Shown: piece by piece, positions 1-10,109 of the stretch | How positions within the stretch are numbered: the first letter of the stretch is position 1 | How the letters are laid out: the number at the start of each line of letters is the position of its first letter | From: Takakia lepidozioides | Taxonomy: Eukaryota > Plantae > Bryophyta | Direction: 5' to 3' | Assembly (NCBI GenBank): GCA_030704615.1 | Contig: CM060733.1 | Span: 58,714,001-58,778,000 of the forward strand | DNA: 64,000 bases | Made by a program: the position numbers and the translations under genes | Notes under the pieces: model-generated | Databases searched by the model: none | What the model saw: only the letters and a program-made list of their open reading frames with translations | What the model was told of the DNA's origin: nothing

Positions 1-1122
1 GGTCGGTCAAATCCTCCATGGGTCAGGACAGGTCAAGGACAATGTGGTAGGGCACCTTCTTCTTCAACCTATTTCAGCCTGTGTTGCCCTTTTACCATAC
101 TCGGCCGCAAGATGCATATTGAATTCTGTAAGTTAGGTCGTTGGGTAGATTTCGCCAACTCTTCCCTTCACACTTGGCGGGTTGTAGCCACACACATAAT
201 GCAGACTCGTCCCAAAAGTTTGCTTCAAGATGGCCAACCAACTCAGACTCATCGAGATTGATGTGAGATGATTCGCGAAGAGTTCCATGAGGAATTCACC
301 AGAGTAGGATTCTAGTGAACAGAATGATCTCAGCATGGCCGTTTTTAATGGTGGCAACCAAAGGCTGGAACTTTCAGTATAGAATAGTGTTACAGTTATT
401 ACTTGTTTTAGAGTGACCTCTCTGTTTGTACGTAGCCATGGCCCAGTTTCATGTATTTCTCATGACCCAGCCCGCATCCTTGTACCATTCTGGGGTAAGA
501 GTATCTACAAGGATTGTTAAAAGGAGAATTTCTTATGTGGAACTCGCGACTGGGTCTCATGGGATTGCGGTACCAGAATGTAAGAGAAGTAGATTCAAGC
601 TGTTCGCTTCCGACAATACAAGTGGTGCCAGGTGAGACATTGTTTTTTGGCGTAGCGAGGGTTGCGAGGGATGTTGAGGACGAAGCATGGAGATCGACAG
701 CTGAGATGTAAAAACTTGAGAAACGACGAGGATGTAGGGACCATCTATTTAAGAAGATTACAATTTTCGGCAGTTAGATAGAAGTTATCAAATTTTCCCC
801 GACAGTGTTATGCTCTTGGCCCTAAAAGACCAGTTGAGCATCGTAGTGGGTGCCTTTGCTACAAGAAGCAGGATAGAAGAGACAGAAGAAGAATGGACTA
901 TATGTCCACATAAAGCCAAAGAGTTAATCGGACAGCCTTTCTATTTGTCTCCAACAAGGCATCATAAGCATTGCCCTATCTGTGCTATCGTTTATTAGTT
1001 TGTCTGGTTGTTTTTACTGGCATCATACTTCAATGGTATGTAACTTGGTTACTCGTCATTCAGTGTAGAAAGAAATGATGCAGCTGCCACGGGACCGCTA
1101 ATGAAGCCTGATCCAATGGTAC

Positions 1123-1190
1123 ATTCTCTCTCTCTCTCTCTTTCTCTCCCTAATGTCTCATGACTCTCTCTGTCTCTCTCTGTCTGTGTC
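1123..1190. repeat. (TC)n/(TG) microsatellite
   Basis: Directly visible. Confidence 0.85.
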
Positions 1191-1749
1191 TCGCTGCATT
1201 CTTAGGGATGTAATCTCTCCATATTGGCCTCATGTCACATTAGGATATCAAACTAGATATAGTATCAATATTGATTCTTATATGGGGCGTCATTAAAGTG
1301 GAGGATCTATGGCACTTCCTTACTTAGGCCACCCACTGTGAAGGATTTCAAAGGCTGTGACGTCCATGTAATGGCCAAGCATGACAGTAAAGAGTACATC
1401 CCTCTCCCATTCCTGACATTGAACGGATGTAGTGGGTTATGTATAGCTGACAGCAGAGGATGCAGTGAAGGTGCAAATGGATGCTTTGGCATTGAATGAC
1501 GAGCCCCATCCTGACCATGGCCTAGAGGTGGGCCTCTATCCTTATGAGAACATGGATAGCTGAAGAAGCAGGGATAGAGAGTGGGTACAGATTCTTCCAA
1601 GAGGGCCAGATTTCAAGCACAAAATTACCTATGATTCCCTATGGATCAATAGCCACAAGAAACCTGCATGGGTAGATGGTCAACTGAAGGCAGCAGCTGC
1701 AGCGGCACAGTTGATAAAACCAGGCACCTGAACCGTAACCACAACTTCT

Positions 1750-3560
1750 AGAAGCGGATCAAGAGAGGGAGTCCATAATGTCTCTTCTGGCACTTATGGG
1801 CATGTGAAGATGCTTTGTGAGGCAGGAGACTGACAGAGGCTCTATAGACTTTAAACCAAGGAGGCATTTCAGCAGATTCAGATACGTATGTCTGTCTCTT
1901 GCATAAGTGCATCAAGGTGAAAGGCCTGGAAGCTGAAAAGCAGGTGCAAACTCACATTATCCAAAGTGGATTCACGCCAAATGTTTTTCTCCTCAACACC
2001 CTTGTCAACATGTATGTTAAGTGCGGGAGCATCATGGATGCTCACCAAGTGTTCAACAAAATGCCTCAATGATCTTTGATCACGTGGAATATAATGTTGG
2101 GAGGATTTACCAAGCATGGGTGTGGTAGGAATGCTTTGAAGACCTATGAGCAAATGATGGGGGAAGGGGTGAAGCCCGACCACATCACGTTTGTGTGCGT
2201 TTGCAGTGCGTGTGCAAGCCTGGCAGCCCTGGAAAAGGGCAAAGAGGTGCATGGTGACATCGTCAGAGCTGGAATCGTACCAGATGTGATCCTGAACACT
2301 GCCCTGGTGGACATGTATGCCAAATGTGAGAGCATCGAGGATGCAAAGGGAGTGTTCAACAATATGGCTGAACGAAATGTGGTGTCGTGGAGTGCGATGC
2401 TCGTAGGGTATACATAGCAGGGGCACGGGATGGAGGCTTTGGAGACGTATGAGCAAATGATGTGTGAAGGGATGAAGCTTGACCACATCACGTTTGTGTG
2501 CGTTTGCAGTGCGTGTGCAAGCCTGGCAGCCCTGGAAAAGGGCAAAGAGGTGCATGGCGACATCGTCAGAGCTGGACGCTTACAGGCAAGAGATGGACCC
2601 TTTTGTATGTAGAGCAGAACAGAGAGAGAGGGGGGTGTGAGAGAGAGAACCAGATGTGATCCTGAACACTGCCCTGGTGGACTTGTATGCCAAATGTGGG
2701 AGCATCAAGGATGCAAAGGGAGCGATCAACAATATGGCTGAACGAAATGTGGTGTCGTGGAGTGCGATGCTCGAAGTGAATGCACAACAGGGGCGCGAGA
2801 TGGAGGCTTTGGAGACGTATGAGCAAATGATGTGCGAAGGGGTGAAGCCCGACCACATCACGTTTGTGTGCACTCGCAATGCTTGTGCAAGCTTGGCAGC
2901 CCTGGAAAAGGGCAAAGAGGTGAATGGTGACATCATCAAAGCTGGAATTGTACCAAATGCCATTCTGAACACAACCATGGCAGCTCTGGAAAAGGGCTTG
3001 CAAAGCGGTCTATGGCGACATCATCAGGGCTGGAATTGGACCAAATGTCATTTTGAACAATACCCTGGTGGACATGTATGCAAAATGTGGGTGCAGGAGC
3101 AAACATGTATGTTAAGTGCATGAGCATCATGCATGCATGCTCACGAAGTTTTCAACATAATGTCTCAATGATCTTTGATCACGTGGAATATAATGTTGGC
3201 AGGATTTACCAAGCATGGGTGTGGTAGGAATGCTTTGGAGACCTATGAGCAAATGTTGCACGAAGGGGTGAAGCCCAACCACATCACGTTTGTTTGTGTT
3301 TGCAATGCGTGTGCAAGCCTGGGACCTCTGGAAAAGGGGAAAGAGGTCCATGGTGACATCATCAAAGCTGGAATTGTACCAGATGTCATTCTAAACACTA
3401 CCCTGGTGGACATGTATGCGAAATGTGGGTGCATTAAGGATGCGAAGGGAGTTTTCAACACTATGGTTGAACGAGATGTGGTGTCATGGAACGCGATGCT
3501 TGCAGGGTATGCAGAGCAGGGACATGGTATGGAGACCTATGATCAAATGATGGGGGAAGG
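1750..3560 (+). pseudogene. PLS-class pentatricopeptide repeat (PPR) pseudogene with no E/DYW end
   Basis: Repeated P-L-S motifs (NTALVDMYAKC, VVSWSAML, GVKPDHITFVCVCSACASLAALEKGKEVH). In-frame stops at ~2069 (TGA) and 2415 (TAG), frameshifts, and a ~75-bp insertion at ~2577-2650. Confidence 0.92.
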
Positions 3561-4312
3561 GGGCACCTTCTTCAATAGCTCACAGCGGCTACAAGTGGGT
3601 AGATGGTCAACTGGAAACAGCAGCGGCAACAGCACAATTCATAAAACAAGGCGCTGCTAATGAAGGTACCTTCTTCAACATATTTCACCTTGTTTTCCCC
3701 TGCTATCAGAGTCGTCCCTAAATTTTAATGTTGAATTCTACAAGTTAGCTCGTTGGTGGATCTATGGTAGTTTTGGAGCGATTTTGACATGTTACTTCCA
3801 ATGTGGTCGACAGGAAAGTATCAATAAATATATAACAGAGACTCGAGGAGAAGCTCTAGGATGAATACGTTCCCGACCTCAGTCAATGGTGGAACAATCG
3901 AGGCAAAAGGTGAATGTCTGTTGGAAGCAGACGCAAGTCAGCATAGGAACTAGTGTGATAAGTAGGGTTGGGGTGTTTGCTCAAGCAATTCTAGGCTGTC
4001 ATTGTCAGTTGCTAGCAGCAAGGCGAGGATGTATGCATGATTTGTGCAGGGGCATGGATAGCTGAAGGAACAGGGATAGATGTGTGGGTCCAGATTCATC
4101 CAAGAGGGCCGGATTTCAAGCTCCATATTACCTATGATTCCATGTGGAAGGATAGGTACAAGAAACCTACATGGGTAGATGGTCAACTGGAAGCCGCAGC
4201 AGCAGCAGCACAATTGATCAAATCAGGCACTGTTAATCAAGGCACCTTCTTCAACACATTTCACCCTATTTTTCCCTCTTATCAAATCGGCCGTAAGTAT
4301 TGCACTGTTTAA
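3560..4312 (+). pseudogene. Degenerate coding repeat of an unrecognised protein (~576-nt unit); further copies at ~1-170 and ~1300-1730
   Basis: WIAEGTGIDVWVQIHPRGPDFKLHITYDSMW...WVDGQLEAAAAAAQLIK...GTFFN..FHP at 4050-4300 matches 1550-1730 and 3595-3770. The GTFF segment also appears at ~50-150. Confidence 0.6.
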
Positions 4313-5897
4313 ACAGGGTCCTTGATTCTAGTAGCACTAGAACAAACTAAAATTACAACAATTCAGCCCATGTGTGGGCTTGCTTATTTTTTGCTTACTG
4401 AACCTTTTCAGGCATGGATTTTTGGACCTTGTGGCCTTTGAGGTGTCCATTGGGACATTGGTCTCATTTGGATTTTTGTAATATAATTTACACGGTGTGT
4501 ATTCCCATGTACTTGTCCATTTTGAATGTCCTTGTGGTTGCTGGTATGCAAGAGGGGTCCATCCTGTTTTTATATCAGAATTTCACCATGTAATGAAGAG
4601 TTTAAATCATTTAATCTATTTTTATTTGTATAATATTATTAAATTAAACAATAATACCATTTAAAATTTTCCAAGCTGCTATCCCCTGTTTTCAAAAATA
4701 AAATATAAATTTAAGAATTGAAAATTACAAATATAACTATTAAATTATTTTCAGAGACATTCTTGATGACACGTGGCATAAACCCTGCCATATATGCTAG
4801 TCATATATTATGTCTAAGTGCCACATGTCACATCTGAAGTGCAACAGGTGTCGTGACGTGTCACTTGTGCAGTGGTGCACGTGTTCCTCTAAGGCCTCTC
4901 CATGTAGGCAACGCTCATCAGACAATGTAGTCATATAGTTAGTTATATGTAAGTCATAGAGTTGTAACTACATCACTCTCTTATGCATGACTCCAAGTGC
5001 CACGCACGCAGTCACGACTATGACTTGCAAAATGCAGTCCTAAAGACTAGTCGTTATGACATGGTTTTTTTCACTACAGAGTGATGTAGTCATGAACGTA
5101 TATAGGACTGAAAAAATAGTCATATGACTTGCAAAACGCTCATCTGTTGTAGTCTTACGCCCTCGTAAACAATTTATCGAGTTTGTGACAGACGACTCGG
5201 ATGAAGTGTCTTCTTAAGGCTGCTCAAGAAGCTTGAGGAAATGTAAACAGTAATTCAATGATACTTGTTGGACATATTTTGTTTTGCAAGGTCTAAATTA
5301 TGCGTTCATTGTCCAAGTTGCATTCATAGCCTTCATCTATTTATGGTTGGAGCGTCAGCCATATTTTCACAATCATGGCTCAAACTGTCAAGGACGAGAA
5401 CATGACTGAACACAAACAAGAAATCAGACTAGAGGTACAAGACTAGACAAGAAGTCAAGGTCGGCATGGCCGAATGCATAATGGATAAACATGAATCAAG
5501 ATGATCTTTATAACAATGGACAAGAGTACAAGATACTGGAACTCGACTCGAATATTGGAATGCTGGAAACTGGACTGGAGTACCAGATACTGGAAACTCG
5601 ATTGGAGTACTAGAAGCTGGACTAGAGTACTGGACTGGAAGCAATAGTAGCTTGAACTTGTGTTGGCGAGACTGAAGAGTGTCCAGTCTCGCCTCCTATA
5701 TATACTGGCTACTAAAAAGTTCCCTAAGAAGCTTCCCTTATGGAGGTTTCTTGATGGAGAAGCTTCTTTAAACAAAGGAGGTATCTTGATGGAGAAGTTT
5801 CTTCCAACTGAAGCTTCCTGGGTAGTTTTTCAAGTTACTCTTGGTAATTTGGTAAACTCCCGATAACTTGGTAAGTAATGGTAAATCATGATAGATC

Positions 5898-8800
5898 CAC
5901 TACAGGAAAAATGGGGGGTTTGCGACGCCGCGGCGTCATAAAGCAGCCCTTTTCGGGAAGTGGGAAAAACCCAAATTTGCGACGTCCGGACGTCGCAAGC
6001 CCGTTGCAAGGGCGTCGCCAAAAAAACGTCGCAAATTTGCGACCAATGGGGGTCGTAAATAGACGAAACCGCGATTTGCGACGCCCAGACGTCGAAAAAA
6101 AAAAAAACAAAAAAAACCCTACTCTGCAATGCAGAATGAGCACCGTCCGGGGGTCGCAAAGTGCGACACCCGAACGTCACAATTTAAGGGGGTAAATTTG
6201 AATTTCAAAAACTTGTTGACCATTGACTCTGGCGTTGACCATTGACTCCGATTCTGTCTAATGATGATATGTTTTGTTCTACATATCTGATGCAATGCAT
6301 ACTTGAACCTAAGACCTCCACGTTATAACATTTCTAAGACACTACAAACTAACCAGCACGCCTACGCTACATCTATGTATCACAAAAACAATCTAAATAT
6401 ATATTAGGGCTTCGCGTTGCTCCGCACTACTAGCGACGAATTCTGAGAACTATGTTCAATTTTTCACAAAAAAAGGGGCTAGGTCATCCCCACGGTGGTA
6501 CATGCAGAGATCCCGTGTTTTGTTTTTTTCTGGAAGAAAAATGGCGGATCTGCATTTCAACATTCAATTTTCACAAGCCGCATCAATCAATAACAACATA
6601 CCCAAATACCCTTACATTCAAGCATCCACCATGGGATTGGATCTTGGTGGATTAAGGCTAGCTTTTGACAATATTCATGCAAGTTCATCAAGGGCTCCAT
6701 CCAAAGCCACCCCACGTGAACAAACACATCATGCCAAATTTAAGATGCTGAACAAACTTGTGCACAGGGCTGCCCCTCCCATCAAGCTCATTAAAATTCG
6801 TATTCACTTCCATCTTCAAGCTTTGGAGAAGCTCCACCACCCAAACCCAGAATTAGGTCAGCACTCTGATTTCCATCCACTGTCACCAGAATCAGTCAAA
6901 AATCACCCTTCAGTCAAGTGCAATTATGGGCTGACTTCCCACCTATGTCGGATAGACCCCACTATCATTTCCTGTGGATTTATGGCACATGAAATGCACT
7001 CAACAATACATCATGGTCAATACTTTCGGGAAATGGTGGATGGTGTGAGTAGCTAAGTCACAGATCAATGAATGAAGCAAGACACTCGCATCTTTCCAAG
7101 GAGACATCCTTTCACCAGTAATCACCACAAGAACAAATCCCATCTTCAAAGTGGTGAAAGCGGTTACCGTCCCGTACAACAATTGCTTGGCCAACAATCT
7201 TTGAGATGAATTTGGTGGAGGTGTGGCAGTCACCACACACTCGAAGATTCTTGATGAGACGGAGAGGTGTCCTAGGGGTCATCATGATCAGCCCAAAACC
7301 AATGGCCAGCTTCTTACTGTGGTGGCAAAGAGAAAATTCCTTTTCCTCCTCCCCACATCATGCAATACAAAGCGTCTGTCAAGCACATACCTCGCCTCCT
7401 TCATCTTCCAAGACAATCTTCTCAGCTCAGCATGGATTTCCTTAATTCTGGGATGCAACTTGTCATCTACAACGAAGGTGTGCACCCTGTTGCAAACCTC
7501 AATGCAGCAGCGACCTGACTCCTTTTCAACCCCTCTGACCTTCATCATTCTTCTCACCTTTACAGTATCAACCCACCTGCCAGCTGCAGCATAGATGTTT
7601 GATAGCAACATAGGTTGCGGCATCCTGTTCATTCCACTTGAGGATAGATGTTGCCGCACGTTGAGCAATCTCTACATTGTCATGGATTCTGCAGGCACTA
7701 AACAAGGCCTTCCACACCACAACATCTAGATTGATTGGCATTTTATTAATCAGGTCCACTGCCTTATCCAGTTGTCCCGCACGTCCAAGAAGGTCCACCA
7801 TGCAGCCAAAGTGCTATACTGTCGGAGTGACACCATGATCTTGAATCAGGGAATCGAAGTAGCGTCTACCTTCATTCATAAGGCCAGTGTGCAGGCTGCA
7901 TGCAGAGAGAACACATACTGCTTCAAACCGCTCTTTTGCATTCCTTCAAATAGTTGCAGGACCTCCCTATGACAACCATGCTGTGCATATCATGCGATCA
8001 TTGCATTCCACGACACCACATCTCATCCAGCCATATTGTCAAACACTCCCTTTGCATCCTCCATGCACCCACATTTGGCATACATGTCCACCAGGGCAGA
8101 GTTCAGGATCACATCTGTTACAATTCCAGCTCTGACGATGTCGCCAAGCACCTCTTCGCCCTTTTCCAGGGCTGCCAGGCTTGCACACGCACTGCAAACG
8201 CTCACAAACATGATGTGGTCGGGCTTCACCCCATCGCACATCATTTGTTCATAGGTCTCCAAAGCCTCCATCCCACGTCCCTGCTGTCCATACCTCTTTG
8301 CCCTTCTCTAGGGCTGCCAAGCTTGCACAACGCCACATCTTGTTCAGCCATAGTGTTAAACACTCCCATTGCGTCCTAGATGCACCCACATTTTGCAAAG
8401 ATGTCCACCAGGTTATTGTTCAGAATGAAATCTGGTACAATTCCAGCTCTGAAGATGTCGCCATGGACCTCTTTGCCCCTTTCCAGAGCTGCCAGGCTTG
8501 CACACACATTGCAAACGCACCCAAACGTGATGTGGTCGGGCTTCACCCCTTCTCCCATCATTTGTTCATAAGTCTCCAAAGCCTCCATACCACGTTCTTG
8601 TTGTGCATACCGAAACGTGGCGACGAAACGTGGCAACGATGACGTGGCGACAAAAACGTGGCACTTTGGCACCATATTCCTGTTCTACGCTAAACTAGCT
8701 TCCGATCTTCGGTGGTCGCTAGAATATACACATGTAAAGATTTCCTTCAAGAGCCTTCAAGTTCATTCTAAGGGGGTCTCTCTTGTGACGCCAGGGAGAT

Positions 8801-9396
8801 GAAACCTCCACAGCCTTAGTGCCCAGCCCCAGCCCCAGCCCCAGCATCGTCGTCGTTGTTGCACCCCCCCCCCACCGCCAGGCGCCCCAAGCGACGTCCT
8901 TGTGATGACCTAAGCTGACCACAACACCATTGCGACCTCCTGTGGCGACGCTGTTGCGACCCCCTGGCATCGCAACGTTGGGCGTCCCAGTGCGGGGCGC
9001 CCCTAGCGACGCTTTTTGTGAAGTTGAGGGCCGCAAAGCCCAAAAAAAAGAAAAAAATTCCCACTATAGTGATGCTGTTGCAACGCCCTAGCGTCGTAGA
9101 GGCGTTGGGGCGCCCTTAGTGACGTTTCTGCGACGCCCTGACATCGCAACGTTTTTTTTTTTTTTGAGATTTGCGACACCGGGGCGTCGCAAGAAAAAAA
9201 ATCCGTCATAGCAAGGGCCCTCTTTCCCCCTTCATGCCACCTTACGACGGCTGGGCGTCGTAACGGTGTCGCAGCGGGGGGTTGCGACGCCGGGGCGTCG
9301 CAAAAAAATGTCGCGGGCTCGACGTCGCAGGCTCAGCGCCGCGCCGGGCCATGGAGGCGCGGCTGGCGTCGCAAACCCCCCTCATTTGCTGTAGTG
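5898..9396. mobile_element. Non-autonomous CACTA (En/Spm) DNA transposon carrying a captured PPR-DYW fragment (Pack-CACTA)
   Basis: Left end CACTACAGGAAAAATGGGGGGTTTGCGACGCC; right end GGCGTCGCAAACCCCCCTCATTTGCTGTAGTG. 3-bp TSD ATC (5895-5897 / 9397-9399). GCGACG(CC) subterminal repeats at ~5920-6180 and ~8870-9375. No transposase is visible. Confidence 0.95.
7112..8610 (-). pseudogene. PLS-E-E+-DYW PPR (organellar C-to-U RNA editing factor) 3' fragment inside the CACTA
   Basis: PLS repeats, then MVDLLGRAG, LLSNIYAAAGRW, HTFVVDDKLHP. After a frameshift (~7350) comes [13 protein letters not shown]...[10 protein letters not shown]...[20 protein letters not shown] (stop 7112-7114). Confidence 0.93.
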
Positions 9397-9555
9397 ATCA
9401 TGGTAAATTACGTTAAGTCATGATAACTTCCGATAACATGGTAACTTGATAACTTCTTGCATTTACTCCTGGTAAATTCCTCTGGGCTACGTCTGTGCCA
9501 TCACCCCCTCCTCTAGCGCCGAGTTCATCAAGGAGCGGTAAAATCTTGGACTTGC

Positions 9556-9957
9556 TTAGAGCTGGAGAAAATCCAAAATCTGGCGAATGGTACTTGCCAA
9601 GTATTCGGCTCTTCGTTCTTGACTCAAATGATTTATAGGTCCCTGCAACCATCGATAGTGTCCAACACCTTGAACTTGGAACCACGCAGTGATTTGAGTA
9701 TTCTGATTTTCGAAGCTGCCTTCAAACATGATTTCGTTGCCCTCTGCGTCCGAAGCCTCAACCTCCAACAGAATTATCAGACTTCGAGTAGACTCCACTT
9801 GCCGTCGTACGGGGTCCAGACGAGGAAGTACGCGTTGCATTGGTGGCCCATCGTCTCGAGAGCGTCGGCGTGATGTTGAAGGTCGTGAGAGTCGGAATGG
9901 CTGATCTGGTAGTTGGATAAACGACAACTCCAATGTATCTGGTTCCTGTGACTCCAT
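9556..9957 (-). CDS. Extra 133-aa ORF of unknown function between pol and the PPT
   Basis: Uninterrupted ATG..TAA, same sense as pol, with a TATATATA ~50 bp upstream (~10003-10011). I do not recognise the protein. Confidence 0.5.
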   Translation of the reverse strand: MESQEPDTLELSFIQLPDQPFRLSRPSTSRRRSRDDGPPMQRVLPRLDPVRRQVESTRSLIILLEVEASDAEGNEIMFEGSFENQNTQITAWFQVQGVGHYRWLQGPINHLSQERRAEYLASTIRQILDFLQL

Positions 9958-10109
9958 GCTACCAATACAAGATGCAAGAGTACTGGAGTGTTGGAAGTGT
10001 AGCTATATATACTGATGTGTGGTGCTCATCTTTCTTTAGCGTGTATCAGGTACATTGAATGTGGAGTCTTCACCTTAAAGCTAACTTGGCTGACATCATC
10101 ATTGTAACG

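Larger units (their letters stand above)
5386..9500 (-). repeat. 3' LTR of the chromovirus (~610 bp), split by the CACTA insertion (5386-5897 and 9400-9500)
   Basis: Removing 5898-9399 restores collinearity with the 5' LTR (tcatgatagatc|atggtaaatt vs tcatggtagttcatggtaaatt). Ends ...CCTTGACA on the minus strand. Confidence 0.9.

Noticed and set aside
1878-3461. Long minus-strand ORFs (225, 145, 139 aa), and plus-strand ORFs at 7206-8642
   Set aside because: Antisense shadows of PPR repeats.
4335-5154. Second CACTA-like element (CACTAGAACAAA ... TCTGTTGTAGTC, inner CACTACAG at ~5072)
   Set aside because: Ends are degenerate and the flanks (TAG vs TTA) give no TSD. It may be an old remnant but is not supportable.
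6372-6435. Mini-Helitron end (TC...GC-rich...CTAG)
   Set aside because: No convincing hairpin and not followed by T.
6502-7056. 184-aa plus-strand ORF inside the CACTA as a transposase piece
   Set aside because: No TnpA/TnpD motifs; probably captured sequence 3' of the PPR donor.
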